Origin: Eledone cirrhosa
Lineage: Eukaryota
Length of the DNA stretch: 64,000 nt
Direction of reading: 5' to 3'
Assembly (NCBI GenBank): GCA_964016885.1
Contig: OZ024740.1
Span: 46,066,001 to 46,130,000, forward strand
Positions 1 through 10,989 of this stretch are shown here, in pieces (position 1 is the first letter of the stretch; every line of letters starts with the position of its first letter). The notes beneath the pieces are model-generated. The model had not been told where the DNA came from, made no database searches, and saw only the letters and a list, made by a program, of their open reading frames with translations. Position numbers and translations under genes: made by a program.

Positions 1-319
1 TGAATGCGTGTGCGAGCTAGATCTAGATATAGTGGATCTGCGTCGTCGTAGCCATGTGCGCGTGTGCTTGGTCTTATAGAAGTAGTATGTGCAGGTACAC
101 GTGAACTATAGATTACTTACAAGCACACACATGCTGACAGGCACCCATAGGCACCCGCGCACATATACGTACACGCGGTCCCTCGCACAAGGCGATAGAT
201 GGATAGAGGTAAGAAAATGGAGAAAGAAAAGAAAAAGGAGAAAACACGAAACAAAGGTGAAGATCAAAGTTTAGATGCTAGGGGAAGAGTTAATTCAGTC
301 CAGTCTGTAAGGTGGAAGC

Positions 320-450
320 GTAGTGTTACCAGAAGCTAGGAACAAAGTCTGATTTTCCACCTTGGGTCTAGTTTCCCTAATGGACTCAACCCCACTCCTC
401 AATTGCTTTAATCTTGCGCACATGCAGTCGCGCTTACTTCTCTACCCCTA
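320..450 (+). mobile_element. Decayed 3' fragment of a Penelope-like element (GIY-YIG C-terminus EQ.LIF.LG...P.GLN type)
   Basis: ctgattttccaccttgggtctagtttccctaatggactcaac nearly matches 19604-19645 and encodes EQSLIFHLGSSFPNGLN. Confidence 0.6.
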
Positions 451-469
451 GCTATCGTCACCCCTAAGT

Positions 470-665
470 AAAAGGCCAGTAACTTGGGGGTTGGGCGAAA
501 GTCGATTACACCGATACGTGTAGTTATCTGGTACCTTTTGGATGTGTGTGAGTGGGTGGGGAGAGTCGATTACAATGACTCCAGTAGTTAACTGGTACTT
601 TCTTTTTATTGCTACTGGATGGATGAAATGCGAAGTTGACTTCAGCTGTATTTGAACTCAAAATG
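470..665 (-). mobile_element. Degenerate OK-like tRNA-derived SINE
   Basis: Shares aaggccag, gtcgatta, actggtactt, ggatgaaa and atttgaactca with the intact copy at 1830-2044. Confidence 0.55.
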
Positions 666-967
666 TAAATAGTTTGAAAAGAGATGAAAATCAAAATGCT
701 ATCATGCATGAATATAACATAAGTTCTTAAACCATTTATGATATTAAGAAACAAGAGAACGATCTAACCCTTTCGATACCAACCCGCCTGAAACCGTCTC
801 TGGTTCTATGATACAAAACTGCTTGTTTTAAAAGGTTTATATTTATGAAAAACAAACCTTCTATCATTGATTTTAAGTAAAAACTTTTGTTAATATATAT
901 TCCAAGCACAATCGTAATAATAAGAAAGTCAGTTATATTGCTAAATCCTTTCAAATGCTAGATTGGT

Positions 968-1336
<369 letters not shown>

Positions 1337-1829
1337 AGTGAGTGATTAGGATTAACAACATCGTTAGGCCACAGAAACTGGTGTTATTAAAGCCCCCACA
1401 TGGTCAAGATTCTAGAAATAACGGGAGATCAGTCCATTCCCAGGCCCTGGATATGACAAACGAACAACGGAGATCGTCGAAACTTCTGTTTAGAAGACAG
1501 AGAGCGGAAGTTGAAAACAATTAGAATTAGAAAATTTCGCCGTATATTTGAATAAAGAAAATATTCTAATAACGGGGCATATGAACGGAAAATGATGGTC
1601 TTCTGCACGTGTGTTCTGTTATTAGACCATTTCCTTTAGTCAGAAATACGATGAAATATTCTAATTCTACATTTATTGTATTTAGTTTTGTTGTGAATTG
1701 GCAAATTCGTTAGAACGTCGGATAGGATGCTTTGTGGTATTCGTTTTAGCTCTCTTCGTAAAGGGCCATAACTGTATGCTGCAAAGCATGGTGTCTGACG
1801 CTCTACCGATACTTCCAATTGAAATAATG

Positions 1830-2044
1830 GTTTCTTATATAGGCACAAGGCCAGCAATTTTGGGGGAGGGGAAAGTCGATTAAATCGACCCCAGTACGTT
1901 ACTGGTACTTTATTTTATCGACCCCGTAAGGATGAAAGGCAAGGTTAACCTCGGCGGGATTTGAACTCAGACCGTTAGGACCGTAACTCTATGCTGCAAA
2001 GCATGGTGTCCGACCCTCTACCGATACTGCCAATCCACCGCCCT
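1830..2044 (-). mobile_element. tRNA-derived SINE, octopus OK-like, flanked by a 19-bp direct repeat
   Basis: Minus strand has A-box TGGCAGTATCGG, B-box GAGTTCAAATCC and body TTGCCTTTCATCCTTACGGGGTCGATAAAATAAAGTACCAG. acttccaattgaaataatg occurs at 1811-1829 and 2045-2063. Extra head fragments lie at about 1690-1812. Confidence 0.85.
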
Positions 2045-2095
2045 ACTTCCAATTGAAATAATGCTTCCTAATTTAAGTACAAGGTAGGGCCATGT

Positions 2096-2415
2096 ATTGG
2101 CAGTATCGGTAGAGCGTCGGACAACATGCTTTGCGGCATATAGTTACGTCCTTTTACGTTCTGAGTTCAAATCTCGCCGAGGTCAACTTTGCCTTTCATC
2201 AATTGGAGGTCGATAAAAATAAAGTACCAATCAAGTACTGCGGTTGATTCTTCCTCTATATCTCATTCTCACTTCAATTCTCTAACTGCTTACCCTTTTC
2301 TAGAATAATTCTGCTGTATTCAGACCTGGAGAGGAAATGGGCTCTGCCAGGTTTAAAAATGAAACGCCGTATATCAATACGGCTCCCTTACGACTCTCTC
2401 AGGAGTTACGGGTCC
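2096..2415 (+). mobile_element. OK-like SINE with an alternative long 3' tail
   Basis: Same head and body (ttggcagtatcggtagag...ctgagttcaaat...gcctttcatc...aaagtacc). Tail ctggagagg...gccaggtttaaa...cttacgactc is shared with the copy at 26101-26395. Confidence 0.7.
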
Positions 2416-2721
2416 AGACCATTTTATTTGAAAGATCACACCATTACAACCAGTTTTATGGTACAGTTACTGCTCATTCAAGATTGTGCTAGGTCAGAAG
2501 ATGTTTCATAATTTCACCATATACTCATTATAGAAAATATTTATCTTATTTACTGGAGTTACTGGACCATACATGCATGTATGTTGCATGTTAAAATATA
2601 TTAACACATAAACAGATCAATTAATTAATTGATTAATTAAAATCCCTATTTCTTTTCTTCTTGTAATTGGTGACTAGAAAGTGGTGTGAGGAAATATTCA
2701 GAAAATGGAGAGAATTTGTGA

Positions 2722-3800
2722 AAGAGAGAGAGTGAGAAAGGGTGGGAAAGAGAGTGAGAAAGGATGGGAGAGAGAGTGAGAAAGGGTGAGAGAGAGAGAG
2801 TGAGAAAGGGTGGGAAAGAGAGTGAGAAAGGATGGGAGAGAGAGAGTGAGAAAGGGTGGGAGAGAGGGTGAGAAGGGGTGGGAGAGAGAGAGTGAGTAAG
2901 GGTGGGAGAGAGAGTGAGAAAGGGTGAGAGAGAGAGAGTGAGAAAGGGTGGGAGAGAGAGTGATAAAGGGTGGGAGAGAGTGAGAGTGAGAAAGGGTGGG
3001 AGAGAGAGTGAGAAAGGGTGGGAGAGAGAGAGTGAGAAAGGGTGGGAGAGAGTGAGTGAGAAAGGGTGGGAAAGAGAGTGAGAAAGGGTGGGAAAGAGAG
3101 TGAGAAAGGGTGGGAGAGAGAGAGTGAGAAAGGGTGAGAGAGAGTGAGAAAGGGTGGGAGAGAGAGAGAGTGAGAAAGGGTGGGAGAGAGAGTGAGAAAG
3201 GGTGGGAGAGAGTGAGTGAGAAAGGGTGGGAGAGAGAGAGAGTGAGAAAGGGTGGGAAAGAGAGTGAGAAAGGGTGGGAGAGAGAGAGTGAGAAAGGGTG
3301 GGAGAGAGTGAGTGAGAAAGGGTGGGAGAGAGAGAGTGAGAAAGGGTGGGAGAGAGAGAGTAAGAAAGGGTGGGAGAGAGAGAGAGTGAGAAAGGGTGGG
3401 AAAGAGAGTGAGAAAGGGTGGGAGAGAGAGTGAGAAAGGGTGGGAGAGAGAGAGTGAGAAAGGGTGGGAGAGAGTGAGTGAGAAAGGGTGGGAGAGAGAG
3501 AGTGAGAAAGGGTGGGAGAGAGAGAGTGAGAAACGGTGGGAGAGAGAGAGTGAGAAAGGGTGGGAGAGAGAGAGTGAGAAAGGGTGGGAGAGAGAGTGAG
3601 AAAGGGTGGGAAAGAGAGTGAGAAAGGGTGGGAGAGAGAGTGAGAAAGGGTGAGAGAGAGAGAGAGTGAGAAAGGGTGGGAGAGATAGAGTGAGAAAGGG
3701 TGGGAGAGAGAGAGTGAGAAAGAGTGGGAGAGAGAGTGAGAAAGGGTGGGAGAGAGAGTGAGAAAGGGTGAGAGAGAGAGAGAGTGAGAAAGGGTGGGAG
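2722..3800. repeat. Purine-rich minisatellite GTGAGAAAGGGTGG(GA)n, about 20-26 bp units
   Basis: Tandem units visible. It generates the spurious ORFs 2633-4291 and 2698-4257. Confidence 0.95.
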
Positions 3801-4400
3801 CGTGTGTAAGAGAGAGGGAGGGCGGCCGAGAGGGAGAGTGAGAAACAGAAAATGTATATGTAAGAGGGAGAATGAGAGAGAGAGGGAAAGGTGTGGGAGA
3901 GAGAGAGAGAGAGAGAGAGAGAGTGTGAGCGAGATAGAATCGGTGAGAGAGAGAGAGAGAGAGAGTACATGAGAGGGAAATGTATGTATGGAGTATAGGG
4001 CGGGTGGAAGAAAGTGTGAGAGAGAATGAGAAAGAAAGTGTGGTGTGAAAGTGAGGAAGATGAAAAGGGAGTGAAGAGCATGAGAGAGAAAAAAGAGAGG
4101 GAGATAGAGAATATGAGAGAGAGAGAATATGAGTGAGAGAGAGAGAGAAAGAGAGAATATGGGAGAGAGAGAGATAGAGAGATAGATAGAGAGATAGATG
4201 GATAGATAGATAGAGAGAGAGAGGTTTGGTAATTGAATCTAATTTTTGTTGGACCATTCAGAAGAAAGCTTAAAATGTCCGTCTCCAACATGAAAGACTT
4301 ATTAGGTTGTAATACGTGACGTATTACGTTGTAATACGCGAGGTATTACTTTCTATATCAAAGGTTCTCAACCCATTTCGGCCCTCGAAATCACGAAACG

Positions 4401-4433
<33 letters not shown>

Positions 4434-4609
4434 AATTAATATATCTACCAACATATGCGTACAGATGTGCACTAATGCTAGCAAATACATAAGTTATGTC
4501 ATAGTACCTAGGTGGTTCAATGCAGGAGGATGCAGAACAATTATATGAGAGACGTAAAATAAGAAAATTTAAAAAAAAATTAAAAATTAACTTACTTACT
4601 AAAATTTTC

Positions 4610-4691
4610 ACTCCAACTAATTAGTTTCTGTAATGGGATAAAGATAGTTACGTAATATAACCATCGAGAATTCATTACGTCATCTGGGAGT
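4610..4691 (-). ncRNA. Type I hammerhead ribozyme, core variant CAGAUGA
   Basis: ACUCC-CAGAUGA-c-GUAAUG-[37 nt]-CAUUAC-a-GAA-ACUAAUUAGU-U-GGAGU. U4 is changed to A relative to the sister copy. Confidence 0.7.
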
Positions 4692-5154
4692 CTATTCTCA
4701 GCTAAGTCTCCAGGCAATGCGCGGACACTAGGGACTCACATAAAAATAATAATAATCCGGTGGATGGAACAGCTAGCGGGGACTGGATTCCATGCACTGA
4801 AAAAGTTCGCTGCCTCTGGTCAAATGGCAGATTCTAAAGAATCAATCACGTGACATTGAGGCTAGTCGGAAGGAGTGAGTTGGTAAGATGACAGAAGCCT
4901 ACTACCACACCAATGAATTAGTAGCGGATTTGGCAGGTTTGCTCAACAAATAAATAATTTGGAGATAAATATAGAGAAATTAATATATCTACCAACATAT
5001 GCGTACAGATGTACACTAATGCTAGCAAATACATAAGTTATGTCATAGTACCTAGGTGGTTCAATGCAGGAGGATGCAGAACAATTATATGAGAGACGTA
5101 AAATAAGAAAATTTAAAAAAAAAATTAAAAATTAACTTACTTACTAAAATTTTC

Positions 5155-5236
5155 ACTCCAACTAATTAGTTTCTGTAATGGGATAAAGATAGTTGCGTAA
5201 TATAACCATCGAGAATTCATTACGTCATCAGGGAGT
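5155..5236 (-). ncRNA. Type I hammerhead ribozyme, canonical core
   Basis: Stem I ACUCC/GGAGU; CUGAUGA; stem II GUAAUG/CAUUAC with a 37-nt insert; GAA; palindromic stem III ACUAAUUAGU; GUU cleavage triplet. Confidence 0.85.
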
Positions 5237-5272
5237 CTATATATATACTCAGGGAGTATATATATATATATA

Positions 5273-5450
5273 TCATCAACATCATCATCATCACCGTTTT
5301 ACGTCCGTTCTTCCACGCTAGCATGGGTTAGACGGGTTGTCCTGTTGTGGGCAGTGTCTGGTCGGCTGACCATGCCTTGCTCATACAGGAACTGATTTGG
5401 CTTGATTTCTACAGCTGGATGCCCTTCCTAACACCAACCTCATTTACAGT
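5273..5450 (-). mobile_element. SINE 3' fragment with RTE-type tail ending in (GAT)n
   Basis: Minus strand reads ggttggtgttaggaagggcatccagc...ccgtctaacccatgctagcgtggaagaacggacgtaaaacggtgatgatgatg. Confidence 0.55.
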
Positions 5451-5839
5451 GAGTGCTGGGTGCTTTTTCGTGGCGCCTACACGTCCACTTTACAGTGTGG
5501 GCTGGGTGCTATTTTTGCCGTGGCACCTCCACGACCACCTTGCAGTGGGGGGTGTGGGGGCATATTGTCTATATGCTTCAGCTTGTACCCATGGGAGGTC
5601 GGGTACTCTGTATTACTGCGTGACGCCAGAGGTCACGGCCGTGTGTCATATATATATATTTAATACATTAACAGAGAAAGCTTTAAGCAATACTCCGACC
5701 GGCTTCCGTCTCACTCAACAAACATTAGGATATACCTTAGTATAATCCCAATTATACGTTTGGGGTGCTAACTATACGTATTTTGCGGATAACCAGTTGT
5801 ATTATTTTATATGAGACATAATTAAAATACATCTCTCTT

Positions 5840-5961
5840 TCCAAACGATCGTTTCATTATAAGTTTTCTACAAATTGGGAAAATAATGTCCAGGTTATGT
5901 AGAAGCCTACACATAGTCCGTAGGAATATATGTAGGTGGGCACTTATAAATCATCAGTGGA
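5840..5961 (-). ncRNA. Type I hammerhead ribozyme with a 77-nt stem II insert
   Basis: Stem I UCCA/UGGA; CUGAUGA; U.U pair, then stem II UUAUAAGU/ACUUAUAA; GAA; palindromic stem III ACGAUCGU; GUU triplet. Confidence 0.8.
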
Positions 5962-6553
5962 TGCCCGACAAATATCGATATAAAAAAAACCTTACCGATA
6001 TTAATGTTCAGCGATGGTACCCCTCCGTGCTAGAATGACCGCCAAATTTGAAATTCCAGCAGTCTCACAATGAGAAATCTCACACTGCCATCAAGCGGAA
6101 GGGGGGGGGGGGTCATCGCAAAACATAAAAGAATAAAATAATATGCACGCGGGTCAATTAATTCTTTCAATAATTTTAACCATGCGTGAAGAACTCAATT
6201 GGATATAAAAAAATAAATATATGCATGTATTATTTATACACGCATATAGGTATTTTCTTAGGCTAAAAATAGAGATAAGATACCGGAAGAACAATTAATA
6301 TTTCATACAAAGAATAAATACAGAAAGTCATACCTAAAAAGTATCTGGAAATATTCATCCCTGGCCAAATCAAGAGTATAATATTTAATAAATATATATA
6401 AATGAAAATATAGAAATTAATGTGAGCAAGAAACCAACAGTATTTCATAATATATAAGTGACTATAACGTCAAAATGGAAAATAATTCAAACTCAATTTT
6501 AAAAAAATCAAAACAGAGATTTTATCCACAGATTTTGTGAAATCCAGGGGAAA

Positions 6554-6685
<132 letters not shown>

Positions 6686-6687
6686 AA

Positions 6688-6946
6688 GGCGCATGGCCTA
6701 GTGGTTAGAGCATTGGGCTTGCAATCGAAAGGTTGTGAGTTCAATTCTCGGACCGGGTGATGTGTTGTTTCCTTGAGCAAGACACTTTATTTCACGTTGC
6801 TCCAGTTTGCTCAGCTATAGAAATGAGATGAAGAGGTGCCGGCCTGCCCGCCCAGTCAATGGGATGGCGTTATCTTATGGTTAAAACAGCACGATGTGCT
6901 GTGACCAGCGGCGCCGAATGGACGCCCGACAGACTGGTCGGACAAG

Positions 6947-6950
<4 letters not shown>
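6688..6950 (+). mobile_element. tRNA-derived CORE-type SINE (octopus OR-like)
   Basis: A-box TGGCCTAGTGG, B-box GAGTTCAATTC and CORE-like TCCTTGAGCAAGACACTTTATTTCACGTTGCTCCAG, lying between microsatellites. Confidence 0.8.
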
Positions 6951-6988
<38 letters not shown>

Positions 6989-6998
6989 AACGAGTAGG

Positions 6999-7095
6999 AC
7001 CCCGACGGCTGAGCTCAAGCCGTTTCGACGGCTAATTCTGGACTAAATGAACATTTTTTATCCTAGTATATGAATAGCCGAGCTTCTCAGGGGGT
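6999..7095 (-). ncRNA. Type I hammerhead-like fold at the PLE 3' end (core CUGAGAA)
   Basis: Stem I ACCCC/GGGGU; CUGAGAA; stem II CGGCUA/UAGCCG with a 40-nt loop; GAA; stem III ACGGCU/AGCCGU; GUC triplet. Confidence 0.7.
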
Positions 7096-8261
7096 AATTC
7101 CATATATGGTAAAAGTTATTGTCACAAGGATTGGTCAAAAGTTTGTTGTTGAGACACATAATTCTATCATGGCAATTTGTGGAGGGAAGGGGTAGCTGAA
7201 CTTGCCAGTAGAAGAAAGAGGGAGATGGAGTGGAGGAAACCCAATCGTGCGTTGATAGTGCCAACTACAGCAGAATCCTAAGGATAAGAGGTCAAGAGAA
7301 GTATACTAGGGAAGGGGAGGGGGAGGAAGTCGAAACAATAAGTAAAACAATATGGGGTAAATATATAGAAAAATACCGAGAATGTTAAAAAACAAATAAA
7401 TGTAAAAAAAAAAAAAAAAATTCTGGTTACTATAACCTAAGGACAGCTATCAAGTCTCTCACTGGTACTGCTAGACTAAAGAAAGGTTTACTAGGTGGGA
7501 CGGAATTATAATGAGGCCCTTTTAAGAGGTATAAGTAATCAATCGAGTATATCTTACGGTGACGGGTCAACAAGTGGAGGGCCAAAATACTAAAGAAACT
7601 ACCACGAAATAATAATTCAGAGTCCCGAGACCAATACGAAATAAAGGTTTCTACCCCAGGCACAAGGCCAGCAACCACCCAGTGCAAAAAAAATAAACTA
7701 ATACGAAATAATAATTCAGAATCCCGAAAAAGAATACTAATACTATCTCTAAGGGTGCCGCCACGATACAAAAATTCTAGTGCAAACTACATAAATGTTC
7801 GTACGAAGTATATGAAAAATTTGATACGGAAAATTAATTCAGAATCCCCCCCCACCACCCCACCCCACCCCACCACCCCAAAAAAAATAAATACTGATAT
7901 ACGAGAAATTAAAGCAAAGATACCAGTAAGAAATATAGAAAGCACGGACAGGGGGCAGCTATCGGATAAGAAGGCAAGTATCCGGGGTCTAACACATCTG
8001 CTATAAAAAGTGGAGTCGGCCAATTCTATCATAGAATAGGGGAAGGGGTGGGGGTACTGAGGCTACAAAAAACCGAGGGGCTGCCTCGGGTGGGCGAGAA
8101 AGTGAAAAGGACGACGGCAAAGAAAGAGGACTGGAGTGGAAGGACTAGGGATGGATGGGGAAGAAGGAAATATAGAGGAAGCGATAAAAAGATATAAAAG
8201 AAGATTTTACGTCTACCTTTGCAAGCAGGGGTTACCCATTACAAAATAGGCAAGTGGGGTG

Positions 8262-9580
8262 TTATAGTCCTAATCTACCCCCCCCCCCCGGGTCATTATG
8301 GGGTTTGAGGGCGAGGTAAGCCCTACGCAATCTGTGTTTACATGCAGTTACCAGTTCATCTTTCTTGTTTAGGAGTTGGTCCGTCGAAAACAACATTTGT
8401 AAAGTTTCCTCCGAGCATAAATTGCACGGACGGCGTCCTCCCGTGTAAGAGTTGGCTCTGGACAGTAAGCTCCAAGTGAGATCATAGGTAATATTGTTAT
8501 CCTTGAGGTCCCATATGTGGCCCGAAAGTGTAGTGGCGTGACGCCGGGCCGGGTTTCGGAAGGTATGTCTGTGTTGGTATAGCCGGGTCTTGAAGTCGCA
8601 TGCGGTTAATCCTATATAAGCTTTGTTGGAGGTGTCCGTCCTCACGTTGCACTGGTAGATCACATTACGATCTCTGCATATGTTGTCGAGGGGGAAAATG
8701 GATCCATCGGGACAGTTGCACATCCTGGTCGGCTCTCCACTGCTATTTAGGTTATTTCTTCCATCGGGGTTGAGTTTTTTGTTGTTAGAGGAGACGATGT
8801 TTTGTGCAAAGTTTGGTGTGGTGCTGTAGGAGAGTTTGATGGTATTTTTGTTAATTATGTTGTGGTAGCGGTGTTGTAGTGGGAAGTGTTTTTCAATGAG
8901 CCTAAAGAAGATTTTTCCCGATAGAAGTTGTCACCTCGGCGTTGTGGGGAGGATTAAACCATGTTACATTGCGTGAGCGGTGGTGTCGCCTGCTGGTTCC
9001 GCTAATGGAAGCTGGACAGTAGGATATTTCCTCCCGGAAACCAGTCCGCTTGAGGGCCTGGTTGTAATAAGGCGCATGTTCCTCGAATATCTGCTCATTA
9101 GCGGACAAACGAGATATGCGGAGGGAGATGTTTTTAACCAGGTTATTGGTGATGTTCCTAGGATGGTTTGACCGGCGGTGGATGTAGTGCAGGTTGTCGT
9201 TAGGTTTCCTGTATGGGTAGTACAGATCATTATCGAGGTCAAGGGTAACGTCCAGGAAGTTTACTCGGGTCAGGGACGTTTGTAGGATTATTTTAAATCC
9301 CCAGTCGCGGAAGAAGCTGATTAATTGTTTACGGACCCGATCTGTACTACTGGGGTTGTACCCTTTAAGGGTAAGGAGCCCATCATCACGGTACAATCCA
9401 CCGCCGAATGCAGGAAACATATCGGTGAGTTTGGCTATTAGGAATAATCCTATAAGATCGGTGACCTCAGCCGAATCCGTCGCGCCCATGCTGACGTCGA
9501 AGGGTAAGTCGGGAGCTCTCTTTATCCATTTTGAGTTGTCGAAGAGTAGGACTGTCTTCCTGGCGTGGAAGATGAAGAAA
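8262..9580 (-). pseudogene. PLE reverse transcriptase-GIY-YIG endonuclease, 5'-truncated, one frameshift near 8915
   Basis: RT motifs FDVSMGATDSAE, GLYRDDGL, VNFLDVTL, YRKP, SNHP and WFNPP. Endonuclease motifs CNC..PLDNIC, VIYQC, YIGLT, FKTR..QH and CNLCSEE. Confidence 0.9.
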
Positions 9581-9603
9581 AATATATAGATATATGTGTG
9601 TGT

Positions 9604-9682
<79 letters not shown>

Positions 9683-10082
9683 GAGAGGAATCACACGAGT
9701 TAGGATATATATATATATATGAAAACGGAGAAAAAGACGATTATTAGGAAGAAAAAATAATTTTTTCCCTTTTTACTTTTTTCTCTATTTTTTTCTGGGT
9801 TAGAAAATGATTAAAACGAAATATTTTACTTTGTGTGAAGTGTTAAGGTATTAGTTGATTTATTTATTAATTAACAATGGCATTTATTTATTTATTTATA
9901 TATTTGATAATTGTCTATTACCGGTTTCAGTATTTTTATGCATTATCAAATGATAATAATATGTATTGGTGTAGAATGGATTCCGAAACGCCCCCGGAGG
10001 GGCATATGCCCCACCCCGTTGAGAACCTTTGTTCTATATGAATAAATGAAATGTGTTAAACCATATTCCAGTTTAGCTGCTA

Positions 10083-10490
10083 TTACTACAGCCACCGCCA
10101 CCATCACCACCACCACCACCACTAGCACCACCGGCACTCCAAACTGCCACCACCACTAGCATCACGACTACCATTGCCACCACTACCACCACTACAACTA
10201 CCGCCACCATCACTACTACTACCCCAGCACCACCACCACCAATACCACTGCCACCACCAGCAGTAGAACCACCACCACTACAACTACCTCCACCATCACC
10301 ACTACAACTACCACCACCACTACAACTACCACCACCACCACCATCACCACTACTACCACCACCACCACCAATACCACTGCCACCACCACTACGACCAATA
10401 ACTATCGCCGCCACCATCATCACCACTACGACCAATAAACACCGCCACCACCACCACCACCATCGCAACTACTAATAACCACCGCCATTA
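10083..10490. repeat. Degenerate (ACC/ACT)n trinucleotide repeat
   Basis: Direct inspection. It explains the Gly/Val-rich minus-strand ORF. Confidence 0.9.
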
Positions 10491-10989
10491 ACCTATGATA
10501 GAAATAACAATGTATAAGAGATTTTGTATCTATGGGATAATTGAAACAGAGCTATGTTAGATAAAAAAAAAAGCAACTCGTCAGAAGGTTTGCATTCTAA
10601 CGACATAAACAGCTGTATCAAATATAAAATATAATTACCAATGTTGTTGTTTTTGCAGTTTTTATCAAACAATGCGAAAAACATTAACTTGTTATTTCAC
10701 TCATTTGGCTCATTAACATTATCCCATTATTGCTTGTTATTGAGCTCATACGGTCATGCTGGAGCATAGATGTCAAGGGTTGTTGTTTTTTTTTAGTTGA
10801 TCATATCGACCTCAGTACTTATTTCAGCTTGGAACTTATGTTATCGATTTCTGGCCCTTCCACTGAGACGTGTACCCCTAATATATATGGACACTGAAAT
10901 TGGTGATATTTACCGAGACGCTCCGAATGACAGACGAGGTGGAGATAATACTTTGCTGATCTCCTAAAACCGACCACAACAGCATCTTC

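Larger units (their letters stand above)
4429..5240 (-). mobile_element. Non-coding retrozyme-like element: two ~267-bp direct repeats (4429-4695, 4973-5240), each containing a hammerhead ribozyme
   Basis: Near-identical direct repeats 544-545 bp apart, HHR folds at 4610-4691 and 5155-5236, flanked by (TA)n/(GA)n, no credible ORF. Confidence 0.75.
6987..9580 (-). mobile_element. 5'-truncated Penelope-like element: RT + GIY-YIG, ~1.2-kb 3' region and terminal HHR
   Basis: RT and GIY-YIG ORFs at 8262-9580, HHR at 6999-7095, (TA)n tracts on both sides. Confidence 0.85.

Noticed and set aside
1830-2044. tRNA gene calls for A/B-box sequences (also 6688, 27073)
   Set aside because: No full cloverleaf. 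They continue into SINE bodies and are multi-copy.
2633-4291. 552-aa and 519-aa Ser/Leu/Pro/His ORFs
   Set aside because: They are translations of the GA-rich minisatellite, open in several frames, with no domain.
4306-4349. Tandem 22-bp palindromic unit gttgtaatacgtgacgtattac
   Set aside because: Only two copies and no context to assign a function.
5691-5830. Possible second hammerhead next to 5840 (GUCUCA/UGAGAC, GAAGCCGGUC)
   Set aside because: No recognisable CUGANGA core, and A15.1 is replaced.
9915-9955. Possible minus-strand hammerhead with a U3-A8 core (UUGAUAA...GAAACCGGUA)
   Set aside because: Stems I and II are mismatched and only 2-3 bp. It may be a decayed HHR but is not supportable.
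10073-10468. Gly-rich 131-aa ORF
   Set aside because: It is an (ACC)n microsatellite read on the minus strand.
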